Origin: Octopus sinensis
Taxonomy: Eukaryota
Direction of reading: 5' to 3'
Assembly: GCF_006345805.1 (NCBI RefSeq)
Contig: NC_043011.1
Coordinates: 65,794,464 to 65,858,463 of the forward strand
Length of the DNA: 64,000 nucleotides
In this document: positions 14,170 to 26,683 of the stretch, in pieces
Position numbering within the stretch: the stretch's first letter is position 1
Layout of the letters: each line of letters begins with the position of its first letter
Notes under the pieces: generated by a model
Database searches by the model: none
What the model was told of the DNA's origin: nothing
What the model saw: only the letters and a program-made list of their open reading frames with translations
Made by a program: the position numbers and the translations under genes

Positions 14170-14411
14170 TAATTTTTTTTTCTCAATTTCCGCACCAAAT
14201 TCATTCCAAAATCGTTGGTCGGACCAAGGCTAAAGCTGAAAATATTTGCTCCATGTGACATGCAGTGGGACTGAGTGTAGACCCATATAGTTGGGAAGCA
14301 AGATTCTTAATACGCCTGCACCTCTATTGAGAACCATATTAATAATTGTATTTATTTTGAATTATCCGCCTAAAACTTAATCTATCTTCCTCTCTTGCCG
14401 AACTCCTAGAT

Positions 14412-14450
<39 letters not shown>

Positions 14451-14590
14451 CTTCCGTGTACGAAATTCATTCACAAATTAGAACAAAGCTACAGCACAGA
14501 ATATTTTCCCTCTGTGACTTGCAGTGGGACTGTACTTTGACCCATTAATTGGGAAGTAAGCTCTTTACAATATAGCCACGCCGGTACATC
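14170..14590 (-). mobile_element. Two partial copies of the same SINE family
   Basis: Segments tttccgcaccaaattcatt...gcagtgggactga and ttccgtgtacgaaattcatt...gcagtgggactgt are homologous to the 5' half of the SINE. Confidence 0.65.
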
Positions 14591-14815
14591 TATTGATAAA
14601 CATATTATAAACGAATTTATATTATTGCTTTATGATAGAAAAGTAATTACTGCGTCTGTTCTAATTGTAGGAACTGTAGTCAATCGAAGTCGTATCAGAG
14701 ATAATTTAGTAATTAATTACTACACAGAGAATATGAATTAACGTATCTTGTCACTATTTCTAGAATTTTAGTGTTCTGAACTGGAAGTGCGAATAGGTGA
14801 AAGTGAAATGCTTAC

Positions 14816-14866
14816 CAGAAAAACATTATCTACACCAGAATAGGTCGACGTTTCCATACCCATTTT
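14816..14866 (-). CDS. Gene C exon 4: KMGMETSTYSGVDNVFL (51 nt, phase 0-0)
   Basis: Acceptor tcttttgtatag and donor CTG|gtaagc. Only the phase-0 frame is open, and it joins exons 3 and 5. Confidence 0.65.
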
Positions 14867-15380
14867 CTATACAAAAGATTAATAGAATCAATGAGCGTCA
14901 GTTGCTCAATAAGATGTGTCCGATCTTAAAAAGTGACAATATATAAAAAGAAATATTAAATTTAGCGTTTATACATAAATGATATCGTTAAACATTTTGT
15001 AAATTATTGAACATGCAACTTTGTAACTACAACAAAAAGAGAAATGTTTAAGAATTTTCTGAAAAATATCAGAATTGAAAATATGTTTGCGATATTAATT
15101 TTGTTCAAATCTAAATCTACACCATCTCAGCGAAAATTTCGGTTTGCAGGTATTTTGTACCTTCTATGAGATATGAGTGCTAAATAATGAAATTCAAACA
15201 CCTTCTACGTCCATCGATTGCAACATATATTTAGTGAATAAATTCGTATATTATTTAGAAGTTTATTTCAAATGGTAGATATTTTAGGATATTCCTCTGC
15301 CAAACGAATGCTCTTCTTTGCTGGAAACCAGTTTTAACTTTACATAATCTAAGTATTTGTAGAAAGGACAATAGACTTAC

Positions 15381-15468
15381 GCCGGAACATCTGTGATCCA
15401 GCTGGAAGCCTTGAGGGCAGAAACTTTCGATTCTAGCAGGAAAACATTTCATAAATTCGTTGTAACCG
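15381..15468 (-). CDS. Gene C exon 3: GYNEFMKCFPARIESFCPQGFQLDHRCSG (88 nt, phase 2-0)
   Basis: Acceptor ctttacactttcag and donor gtaagt. Same length, phases and three-Cys content as 49177-49264. Confidence 0.85.
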
Positions 15469-16045
15469 CTGAAAGTGTAAAGCTTATCCACAAATTTCGT
15501 TTACATTGTGAACATTTATTACCATACCATACATTAACTATAGAAATTAACGAGAAAATAAGCATTCAAATCTACTATAATTTCAATACGTTTCAAGAGG
15601 CACTAATAGTACATAGTCGTTGATATTATTAGAACCTGAAATATGCGAGTTTCCTAAATCGTAAAAGTGATTTCATTTACCAAATGTGTATAAATAGCAA
15701 GGATTAATGCCAGATCGTATGGTGCAATAGCTCCTATACGCCTTTGCTATATAAGGCAAGTAAATAACAATAATATCTAATACGTATGTTTTCAATACAT
15801 AAAGACGATGGATTTCGGAACCATTTTCCAACTCAGTAAGTTTGGCATTCATGATTGCTTCCAAACACGCACATATGAAATTATATTCTATGCTTGTGCA
15901 TGTGTGTATGTGTGCATGTGTATGTGTGTGTGTGCTATATTATTATATGTTACACACACACACAGATACACACACACACACACATATATATATTTAAAAT
16001 TATAAGTATATGAAAGAATGGAGTTGAACGACTAGTTAACAAATA

Positions 16046-16142
16046 TCCTTTATTCTCGACATATGTTTCGAAGGCTGCATATTCCTAATTCCGAAGGAAT
16101 AAGGAGTACATTATGCAGATTTCTCATCAGGAAAATCAAGGA
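16046..16142 (-). ncRNA. Type I hammerhead ribozyme
   Basis: Inverted copy of 18215-18311: CUGAUGA, long stem II, GAAA, CAUAUG, UC. Confidence 0.8.
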
Positions 16143-18214
16143 ACTTATGTCGACATCAAAATGCACAAAAAACTTTTAGCTGGCCGCTCTCAAGGAGCCC
16201 ACGGCGAAAATGAGTGTCTCTTTATAAGGATTGACGTAAGAGTGGCTGAATGTAGAAGAATCTAGAGGGTTCTAAAGGTTCAAGGGTTCAAACGAAGTAG
16301 GAGGAGGGAAGCATACAAATAGTAAGTGCAGGTCAAAAGAATGGTGGGTTTAAATGATTTATTTTTTGAATGAGTGCCTGTGTGTGTGACTATATAACTG
16401 TCTTAATGTGTGTATGTGTGTGTCTGAATGCATGATTGTGTTTGTGGATGAGTAGATGTCAGAAAACTGACAGCTGTGAGGTGAGAGGTCTGTGTCTGTG
16501 TGTTCGATTATGTTTACTGTAGAGAAAGGAAAGTAGATAGCGAAAGGGAGAAAGAATCGGGCGTGGTGAGAGACAACGCAAGAATGGATAGTAGTAATTG
16601 GGAATATAAGAAAATCTTTTTGTCTATTGGGGTGAAATATACCAAAAATTTTTTTGGGAAATCGAGGGGTTATCTATATTAGTCACTATCTATATGAGTG
16701 AAAGGTGTGTCTTTTCCAGTGTAAACACCTGTAGGATCTTTCGACGATTGTATTTATTAAAGGGACTTTGGCGGACAAAATATGAAAAAGTTCGGAATTA
16801 CAGATGCCACAAAATTTTCTGCCTTTATCAAACGGGAAGGACACCGACAAAATGGACCATTCGAGCTTGAACGTAGTGTTATTGTTCTTCAGACGGCAGG
16901 CTAATTTTCTGAGCCCCGTGCTGTGTTGCTTTCTCTTATCTCTGAAAGTGGAATAATGGTTGGAGATACTTTGGGCTAATTTAGAAGAGGTTGCGCCAAT
17001 GTAGACGCAGACATCGGTTCCAGAAGAGGTTTTGCATTGGCAAGTGGTGTTCCTAATTTTGGAATTTTTGGATAAGAACTTTAATGTGTTGGAGTTGGTT
17101 TCCGAAACTAAGACAGAGTTTTTATTGTTGTGATAGGTGTAAAAATTGTTGCTGGCTTTGGCTACGATACTATTCATCTTATTATCATTACTATCAGTTG
17201 TAATATCGTCGGCACATTCCCTGGCTATAGGAATGCTGCGATTGTTATCATCAATAATATAACTGTTATTAAGAATGCAGGTACTATTACCACTAAAACC
17301 ACCACTGTTAATAATCTGGCTAATGCTATTATCATTACTACTATTGCTAACGATAATGCTGCTATTAATGTTGCTAATATCCATACTACTTCTATTATTA
17401 TTATTATTGTATGTTACGTTGGAATGGGTAAGGGCGGTGTCGCTACTCATGGGTGATGAGACCCTACTTAGCAGCTTATTATTGTGGGAAGCTATTATCT
17501 GCGAAAGATGTTTAGTATTTGAGAATGCTATTCTTACTTTATGCGAATTTATAGTGGAGTAGTATCTAGAATTCCTAGGAAAATTCTTAGCAACGGCTTC
17601 ACAGAATTGTAAAGGGAGATCATAGACGGCTTATGGTAAGGGAAGTAAGAATTTTTATGCAAAATTAGGGTAACATCTAAGAAATTGGCCTTAGTTCGTT
17701 GTCAAAAATTATGCTCATACCCATCCTGCTGAAAAATCTAACTAATCTATTTTTAGTTTTATGTATCCTACTGTTAGGGTCATTCAGTAGGTAAAAAAGG
17801 ACAATCGTCTCGATACAGACCGCCGCAGATGTCCGGGAATTGGTCGGCTAATTCATATAGAATATAGATTCCGACCAAATCGGCTATCTGGGCGCTATCT
17901 GAGCTTCCCATTGGGACATCGAACGCGTTGGGAGTAACCTTACGGACCCATAACTTCTCATCGAATTGAACGAAGGATTTCCTAGCGGCTAGAATTATAT
18001 TAATTTCCTACCTTGTCAGCCCTGCCTTGTTATGTGCGTGCCATCGGGCCTTATTGAGCACGCTGTGGTTTATCGAAGGGTAGAAATTGGAAATATCGAA
18101 TTGAATGAATTTAGTGCTATTTTTATTAGAAATGGAAGAGAACCATTCTACGACTTGGGCTCCTTGAGAGCGGTCAGTTAAAAGTTTTTTGTGCATTTTG
18201 ATGTCGACATAAGT

Positions 18215-18311
18215 TCCTTGATTTTCCTGATGAGAAATCTGCATAATGTACTCCTTATTCCTTCGGAATTAGGAATATGCAGCCTTCGAAACATATGTCG
18301 AGAATAAAGGA
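18215..18311 (+). ncRNA. Type I hammerhead ribozyme
   Basis: Stem I tccttgattttc/gagaataaagga, core CUGAUGA (18227), stem II ctgcata...tatgcag, GAAA, palindromic stem III catatg, UC cleavage site. Confidence 0.8.
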
Positions 18312-18514
18312 TATTTGTTAACTAATCGTTCAACTCCATTCTTTCATATACTTATAATTTTAAAATAAACATACAAATTTCCGCACGAAGACACGTAGTC
18401 TATTCCCTAGGGACGTAGCTTCAACCGTGTTCTTTCTGATGTGAATTTGCTAACCAGGTATCGGTTATTTTTCGAATTTTCCTTAATAAGATAATTCATT
18501 CAACTACTCAAACA

Positions 18515-18561
<47 letters not shown>

Positions 18562-18569
<8 letters not shown>

Positions 18570-19259
18570 ATGAGGGTGTCTGAGAGACACCAACATGCCG
18601 AAATAGCAGTCGAAATTATGACTATAAAAACCACGTTAAGTGTTCATATCGTACCATGAGATAAGACAAAGGGACAAAATATACAAGCAAAAGTTACTGA
18701 ATAATTCAAGATCCAGGATTTCTGGTTTTGCTTTAAATAAGCTTTACCGTCATCAATTGAATATATCAGGGGTACATAAATACGGATATATATATGCAGA
18801 ACAAACGATGTACTTACATATACGAACGTCCATACATACATACATATGTACGTATGCACACGGCCAGTTAAATTGCCCGCAAAACACCCCATAAGCACGA
18901 TATGGTTAAAATAAACACCGCAGTGAATATAATAACGAATTATACAAATTTATATATGAGTATAATATCGATATATGTATGTATGTATGGACGTCCGTAT
19001 ATGTAAGTATATCGTTTGTTCTGCATATATATATCTGTATTTATGTACCCCTGATATATTCAATTGATGACGGTAAAGCTTATTTAAAGCAGAACCAGAA
19101 ATCCTGGATCTTGAATTATTCAATAACTTTTGCTTGTATATTTTGTCCCTCTGTCTTATCTCATGGTACGATATGAACACTTAACGTGGTTTTTATAGTC
19201 ATAATTTCGACTGCTATTTCGGCATGTTGGTGTCTCTCAGACACCCTCATTTTTTAATT
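18562..19259. repeat. Near-perfect fold-back element (arms about 285 bp) in (TA)n
   Basis: 18562-18847 is the reverse complement of 18972-19259, with few mismatches. The mirrored ORFs 18640+ and 19180- show the same thing. Confidence 0.93.
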
Positions 19260-19341
19260 GTTAAAAATTATTACCAATGTACGGTATTTTTCCATGCTAC
19301 CCACTTGATAATATTGATACTTAAATATCGATATTATCCTC

Positions 19342-19419
<78 letters not shown>

Positions 19420-19917
19420 TGATAGGAACTTATGCTGATAATGAAATTAGGGACATCAAATATTACCTATGTATTAAATACATCAAATACAGTATATATA
19501 TATATATGTATAAATGCAAAAGGAGAAAAAAACAGGGGCTGGAATCTTTCAGATGATGAATATTTTTTTACGTATACATGAATAGATATTTTTATAATAG
19601 TTTCCATTGTACAGGGGCTAGAAATAGCAGAGCAAATTAAAGGAGTGGAATAAATGGTGCTATAAATCAAACAGCTGCTTCTAGGTTGTCATCTATCCAT
19701 AATAATTTAGTTCATCAAAATATGCGGCCGTATGAATCCAATTAACAATGGACGAGACGAACCTCCGCCATCAGTGTAGAGAAGAGTTTACATTTCAGAT
19801 CTTAATGCAGAAAAGTTAAAAGAATAAGTGATCGTTAATAGCCATGGGCTTAGCGCGCAATTCTCGAGCTCAGAACAAAAAGATTGACGATAGATATATA
19901 GACTGACAGACAGATAC

Positions 19918-19970
<53 letters not shown>

Positions 19971-20039
19971 CCAGAGGTCCGTCAGATACCTTTGAGTAAC
20001 CACCTAGCAACATGTGGTCGGAAAATATATATAATATTT

Positions 20040-20860
20040 CCATTCTACAAATTACACAGCCCAAGTGAAATCGAGAGGAAAATCAGAGAAAAGAATTTTA
20101 TTGATAAATTCGAACCCAAACTAAATAAGCAATAATAATAATAATAATACTTAGAGGTATTACTTCCACTGCTACGACCATGACCACTAACAACAACAAC
20201 AATACTAAAGGTGATCAAGACGAAGATAGCAGGAAAATTATCTTATTTAGGGTTAAAAGTTCTATTGCCATAACCATCACCACTAGCAACAATAATTAAG
20301 GTGCTGACAATGATGATGATGACAATTGAAATATAAAAATATAAAAATCTCTGACAAAGGATATTTACAACATTTCTAAAAATAACCCAACAATTGCTGC
20401 TTCGGCCAGGGTCAAGATACAGGACTTTTGACATGTCCAACAAAGCGTGATGCCTAAACCAATCAGCTCAACCAACCAATCAGCTTAAGTAATTGAGTGA
20501 TACTACACACTGATTGGTCAGAATACAGTTTGCAAAACCTAGCACTCTGGAGCCTACCCAGCTGTATTTATAGCACAGAATCAATCATCTTGCTACAGTC
20601 AAAAATTGTGAAGCATGACTGTCAACACTACTACATGAACCCGAAGATTGCAGAATTCAATGCATGAAAGTACTAGTTCAATCAGAATGAATATTTAACA
20701 TTCTACTATTTCATTTTATTTTATTCAATTATAATATATTATCTTATAATATATCATTATAAGATTGTAAATAAAACGTGAAAATCAGACAAGGTTGGAA
20801 TTCTTTTATTAATATATTCTTCTATACACAATCACACACACCCATATATATATATTCTAT
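20040..20860 (+). mobile_element. Penelope-like element 3' end / pseudo-LTR
   Basis: IERKIREKNFIDKFEPKLNK matches a GIY-YIG C-terminus. Hammerhead at 20636. A closely related copy lies at 38960-39690. Confidence 0.75.
20636..20680 (+). ncRNA. Minimal hammerhead (core variant CCGAAGA)
   Basis: tgaac CCGAAGA ttgca..tgcat GAAA gtac TA gttca. One core substitution. Confidence 0.6.
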
Positions 20861-20877
20861 ATATATATATATATATA

Positions 20878-21085
20878 AAGTTAATCCAAACAAGAAAGCA
20901 CAAAAAAACACAACACCGCGAGGACGTGGAACAAATATTGTATTATTGGACGCTCAGGAAAGAAGTTAAGAAGGAGGGTTAAACGTTTCGAGCGGAGCTC
21001 TTCGTCGGAAACATAGGAGAAGGAAAGATGCAGAGAACAGAAGACAGAGGAAAAAAATCGCCGACGGTACACACGAGGTCAGATT
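20878..21085 (-). mobile_element. Short Penelope-type pseudo-LTR fragment with degenerate hammerhead, in (TA)n
   Basis: Minus strand reads gtttc CGACGA agagc tcc gctc GAAA cg tt at about 20980-21013. Confidence 0.5.
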
Positions 21086-21099
21086 ATATGTATATATAC

Positions 21100-21173
<74 letters not shown>

Positions 21174-21212
21174 GATAATATATAAAATATACATACATGT
21201 ATATATATATAG

Positions 21213-21250
<38 letters not shown>

Positions 21251-21367
21251 AGACAGAAATACATACATACATTTATATGAATTGTGTTTAGAATGTGAGA
21301 AAGATTGATAGATAGATTTTATGATATTTCGATATAGTATCTATCTCAAAAAAAATGTATTTCATAC

Positions 21368-21470
21368 CCGCAGTCTTTCCTGCTGGATAAATACTCTTTA
21401 TATTGAGTACCACATTTTAGTCTTGCTATGGCTTTGCAATCATCCCAAGTGACAAGTAGAGTTGCAGTAT
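21368..21470 (-). CDS. Gene C exon 2: (H)TATLLVTWDDCKAIARLKCGTQYKEYLSSRKDC(G) (103 nt, phase 1-2)
   Basis: Acceptor ttgctttcactttgtag and donor GG|gtatga. C-x7-C-x13-C spacing is identical to the exons at 47886 and 59293. Confidence 0.88.
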
Positions 21471-21551
21471 CTACAAAGTGAAAGCAAATATATTTCTTTG
21501 TATATCGTATACGCAATCGAAAATTATTAGATATCTTCTCAACATGTCATT

Positions 21552-21926
21552 TTTTTTTTACTTATTTCAGTCATTTGACTACGGCCATGCTGGAGAACCG
21601 CCTTTAGTTGAGCAAATTGACCCCGGGACCTATTCTTTGTGAGCCCAGTACTTATTCTATCGGTCTCTTTTGCCGAACCGCTAAGTAACGGGGACGTAAA
21701 CATACCAGCATCGGTTGTCAAGCAATGCTATGGGGAACAACACAGACACACAAACACACGCACATACACATACATATATACATATATACGACAGGCTTCT
21801 TTCAGTTTCCGTCTACCAAATCCACTCACAAGGCATTGGTCGGTCCGGGGCTATAGGAGAAGACACGTGCCCAAGATGCCATGAGGTTGGTTAGCAAGCT
21901 ACTTACCACACAGCCACTCCTGCGCC
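21552..21926 (-). mobile_element. tRNA-derived SINE with 20-bp target-site duplication
   Basis: Head GGCGCAGGAGTGGCTGTGTGGTAAG and an A-rich tail. TSD tatcttctcaacatgtcatt at 21532-21551 and 21927-21946. Confidence 0.92.
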
Positions 21927-23417
21927 TATCTTCTCAACATGTCATTATTTATTTTTAACAAATTTTGAGGGAAAAGGAAGGCTTAGGATTTTGAATAGTA
22001 TTACGGATTCTCATAACTAACAGGTAATACATTTTTAGCCCGTTCCCATCTACCTTTCATTTCGCATTATTTGATAAAATAACCCATAGAGATTATATAT
22101 TGTAATTAAAATTGACAGCAGTTTTAAGATTATGATAAATGATAGAGCATTGTTAAAACCTTAAGTAGATAGAATGATGCAAATATATTATAAAGTATAA
22201 CTGCAAATTTTAGTTATTAAATTACATTTTATAAATTGTTCATTAAACAAAATTATAAACACAAGTACCTGATTATAGGAGCTATGACAAATTTGATTAA
22301 ATTTAATCAGTCATCAGACGAAGTCTATTGAGATACGCTACGATGTCTAAAGATAATTCATGCATTTTATTAAGTAAGATGAATAGGGGCGATATCGTGC
22401 GATTATACATAAGGTTGTTTTGCATCGGAATTACTGATGTCTGCAAATTTCTGTATTTTATTAATATTCAGGCTCATAAGTTCTCCCTGATTGTTGCATT
22501 TTTTGGAGTTACTCATTTTTTTAAATTTGTAAATGGAATTTACAAATTTTACTTGCATATGATTGGTAATTGGTCGAACATAACAATATATATGAGCTCT
22601 CTCTCCGTCTCTCTCTGTCACTGTCGCTCTTTCTACTTCTGTCTCTCCCTATAGATAGAAGTATATATATATGTGTGTGTATGAGTATTTGTGTGTGTGC
22701 TTTTGTTCATATATATGTATGTACAAATCTCATAGACATAAATGGAAGAAACACGTATATTTCTATCGCAGTGGCGGCATGTTGACCTGCACCTCCTTAC
22801 GACATTGAAAATTAATTAAGGCAACCTGCTGTGAACTAGAAACGTGGTTACTCACCAGTACGAATGTTTCGCTCCCTTGTATATGTTTGTAGCATTTATG
22901 CATGTACATATGTGTGTGTCTGTGCATGCGTATGTGTAAATAATTCCAGGCAGTTATATCCTTTCAGATTGTATAATCCAAGCATTTGGCTTGTTTAATC
23001 CGTAACAAATAATGCGATAATCATTGATACATGGTCAGGATTATTGAAATTATCAATGTTGGGGTAAGCAAGAGGAAAAAAAATGGAGAATGAATAGATG
23101 TAATTAATAATTCTTTGTATGTTACAAAACCATTTCACTAAAAAAAGATTTAAAAAAACAGGATTATGTATAAATTTAAAGCTCAAGATAAATTAAAATA
23201 CAAAAACTCCTACATATATTTTCAGTCGTATATCATCTAGCTGATGGAAATTTTGAAGCATTTATTTTAATCCTAGGAAACTTTGCCATATTCCAACGAT
23301 ATGGGCGAGAGAATACTTCGGGGTTGATACATAGCTCATGAAGTTGGGTCATCATTTTTCCTTAAAAGTTGAAATCTAAAGATTGAAAGAGTATTTGTTT
23401 GGTGCGATTTAAATAGT

Positions 23418-23456
<39 letters not shown>

Positions 23457-23464
23457 TAGATAGA

Positions 23465-23498
<34 letters not shown>

Positions 23499-23535
23499 TA
23501 CAGACAGATAGATAGATAGATAGATAGACAGATAG

Positions 23536-23568
<33 letters not shown>

Positions 23569-23655
23569 CAGACAGACAGATAGATAGATAGATAGATAGA
23601 GAGATAGATAGATAATATAGATAGATAGAGAGAGAGAGAGAGATAGAGAGAGAGA
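23418..23655. repeat. (GATA)n/(GACA)n microsatellite
   Basis: Direct inspection. Confidence 0.95.
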
Positions 23656-24005
23656 TCCTAATCAATAACGGTTGGTAACTAAGGTTTAGCAGACACGCAT
23701 TATAACGTTCATATAAAAACGTTTGATCATCCTACATAATGTCGTGTCACTAAATTAATAAAATTATCTAATGGTGTTATTAATTTTTAGAACTTCATCT
23801 GAGTTTTACTATTTATTTTATTTGTATTAGTATCATTTTTATTCCTTTTAATACCTTAAATTTGTTTATATATTTATCTTTGTTTTGTTTTATATTTGTA
23901 AAATTTTTACTGTCATTTTTATATTATTTTATTTGAAGCTTACTTTTACTTTTTTATGGATAAGTTATGTATTTATATTTTTCTCGATTTGGAATCATAA
24001 TATAT

Positions 24006-24432
24006 AGGCGTTGGAGTGGCTGTGTGGTAAGTAGCTTGCTTATGAAACACATGGTTCCGGGTTCAGTCCCAATGCTTGGAACATTCTACTGTACCTTCGC
24101 GCCGACCAAAGGCTTGTGAGTGGATTTGGTAGACAGAAGTTGAAAGAAGCCCGTCGAATAAATAAATAAATATATATATTATATATATATGTATATATAT
24201 AAATAAATAAATATATATATATATGCACGTATTTGTGTGTTTACCGATGTTGATGTGTTTACGTCCTCGTAATTAGTGGCGGCAGTAGAAAGCGAAATAT
24301 TAATTACTAGTCTTACAACAAATAAGTCCTGGGGTGTTATTTTTTGTCGATTTATTCGACTAAAGGCTGTGCTCCAGCATGACTGCGGTCAAATGACTGA
24401 AACAAGTAAAGGAGTAAAAGAGTAAAAGAGTA
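24006..24432 (+). mobile_element. tRNA-derived SINE (same family)
   Basis: Head ggcgttggagtggctgtgtggtaag, core gccgaccaaaggcttgtgagtggatttggtagac and (GTAAAAGA)n tail. Confidence 0.9.
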
Positions 24433-24469
24433 TGCAGTTTGCTCTATAAATATATCTCTGGCTATATAT

Positions 24470-24502
24470 AAATCTAACTATCTATCTATCTATCTATCTA
24501 TG

Positions 24503-24556
<54 letters not shown>

Positions 24557-24582
24557 ACTATCTATCTATCTATCTATCAATG

Positions 24583-24630
<48 letters not shown>

Positions 24631-24702
24631 CATGTATCTATCTATCTATATATCTATCTATCTATCTATCTATCTATCTAACTATCTATCTATCTATCAA
24701 TG

Positions 24703-24741
<39 letters not shown>

Positions 24742-24749
24742 ATATATAT

Positions 24750-24780
<31 letters not shown>
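24470..24780. repeat. (TCTA)n then (TA)n microsatellite
   Basis: Direct inspection. Confidence 0.95.
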
Positions 24781-24781
<1 letters not shown>

Positions 24782-24844
24782 TTGTCGCTTGTTTCAGCTC
24801 ACAGCTGCGGCCATGCTGATGCACCGCCGTTTTGTATTACACTA

Positions 24845-25897
24845 TTATTACGATGAACCTCCTCTAATATGTGACACTCGGTGAAGAATGGAGTTTGACA
24901 TAGCTAATCTCATTTGCTCCTCTTGCCGTGAGGTAGGTACATCTGGAACTCTCGACAGGAAGATGTCCAGCTTTGATTTAAAGACCGCTACATCTACTTT
25001 GTTCCTCAGATTCGTTGGCAGAATATTAAAAGGCTGTGGGCCCTTGAAACCCAGGCTGTTGCAGAAGCTGGTCCTGAAGCGTGATGGCATTGCTGGGATC
25101 TTCGGCACTATGCAGTGTCGTCCCGTTCTAGCATTGGTGTATCTTACAATGCCAAAATTTGGCACAATTCCTTCCAGGATCTTCCAGACATATATTACTG
25201 CATACCACTCCCGTCTTCTCTCCAGGGAGTAGAGTCTTAGCTGTTTCAAACTTTCCCAGTAGCTGAGCTGTTCCAAAGAGACGATCTTCTTCGTGAATCT
25301 TCTCTGGATTGCTTCAAGGCCCGCTGTTAATTTTACACTGGTGGTGACCATAGCTGTGAGCAGTACTCCAGGCGGCTAAGGACTAGTTCCGCCAGAGGAC
25401 ATATCATGGTTTCTTTATCTCTGGTTTTGAATGATCTTAGGATCCTTCCAGACAGTCGTCTGCACTTTGTATAATCCGAGTAATGTACACTTGGAAGAGT
25501 ATCATCACTCATGTCGATACCCAGGTCCCTCACAGACTTAGGATCTGGGATTTAAATTACCTGTGGACCGGTGTATTCTGTGAGTTTAATATTCAGTTTT
25601 GGATGCTGGTAGCATAGGGCCTGGAATTTTTCAGCATTAAACTGCATATTTTTATCCTCAGCCCATCTGTAGATTGAGTCAAACTCCTGCTGCAGGTGTG
25701 CAATATCGCTGGGGTTCTGTATTTTCTGCGAGACTTTCGTATCATCTGCATATCTTGCCAGAGTGGCTATCCGGCCATTTGGGGGCATATCTGAGAGGGC
25801 CACTATAAAAAGCAGTGGTCCGAAGACAGTGCCCTGTGGATCACCGCTCACTATATGTGCGTTCATAGAGGTGGCTCCATTAACCACTACTGCCTGA
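24845..25897 (-). mobile_element. CR1/L2-group LINE 3' fragment
   Basis: SGDPQGTVFGPLLF, YADDTK, RDLGI, SRLEYCSQLWSP and LYSLERRRE motifs. Confidence 0.9.
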
Positions 25898-26043
25898 AGT
25901 TATGTAACCACACACCAAGTTTTGTTTTCGGTCCTTCCTTTTTCTACTGTTTTTATATTTCTCATTTCTTTGTAGGGCCACTGGTATAGGGGGGCTTCCG
26001 GTTTCTGCTCCCTTGGCTCCCCTATCCTTCACAACATCGTCGA

Positions 26044-26274
26044 TCACTTGCCACAATAATTTTCAACTATGTTATCCAATGTTTTGATGTGTGGTCTTAT
26101 AAGCATGTAAGACCGGATAAATTCACCTTTCTTTCGCTCTATTTGGTCAATGGTTCTATGAAATCCATTGTTCTTTAGCGCGGCAGTGATGATGTTGTTC
26201 GGCGGATCGCCACTAGCAATTGTCCATGCTCTTAGCAGAAGATCTAACTCTTTCTTTTCCCACCTTGGTGCCAT
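26044..26274 (-). CDS. 76-aa Myb/SANT-like (trihelix) ORF
   Basis: RWEKKELDLLLRAW...IITAALKNNGFHRTIDQIERKKGEFIRSY fits the trihelix pattern W..E...LL..W / G..RT..Q...K..L...Y. Intact ATG-to-TGA frame with AAGATGG context. May be TE-borne. Confidence 0.55.
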   Translation of the reverse strand: MAPRWEKKELDLLLRAWTIASGDPPNNIITAALKNNGFHRTIDQIERKKGEFIRSYMLIRPHIKTLDNIVENYCGK

Positions 26275-26683
26275 CTTCGTTTGAAGTCAAGAGGGGTAGC
26301 AGAGGCTAGAGAGGCAATGAGGGATAGAGAGAGTAGAGAGGGAGAAACACAGAGGGGGGAAATAGGGAAACAGAGAGGGAGATAGGAAGGAAAAGAGAGG
26401 TGATATACAAGAAATAGAGAGGATGATATGAGAAATGCAAGGGGGTGTTGTGTGTTAAAGAGATAGTGGAAGGTAGGGAAAAGGGACAGAAGGGGAATAG
26501 AAGGAGAGAGAGAATGAAGGAGAAGATGGGAAGAGAAAGAGAAGCAGAAAGAAGGAGAGGAGGGGAAAAGAAAGAGAAACAGAAGTGGGAGAGGATAGCA
26601 AGAGAAAGAATGACAGAGTGAAGGAGAGACAGGATGAAGGATGTGAGAGAGAGGGAGAGACGAAGTGAGAAGAATGGGCGAAT

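Larger units (their letters stand above)
15993..18500 (-). mobile_element. Penelope-like retroelement (Naiad-like), 5'-truncated, with inverted pseudo-LTR
   Basis: RT motifs QFDISNFYPSI, FDVPMGSSDSAQIADLVG and GLYRDD. GIY-YIG region QCK...YIGAT...HSTGL...EWSIL...CGICNSE...CLH. Inverted terminal repeats 15993-16201 / 18156-18364 each contain a hammerhead. Confidence 0.9.

Noticed and set aside
15681-15746. Minus-strand candidate exon AKAYRSYCTIRSGINPCYLYTF as gene C exon 2
   Set aside because: It is phase 1-1 with only two Cys and cannot join exon 3 without an implausibly small intron or micro-exon. 21368-21470 fits the family pattern exactly.
21890-21926. SINE heads as tRNA genes
   Set aside because: No complete cloverleaf. 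They continue into SINE core and tail sequence.
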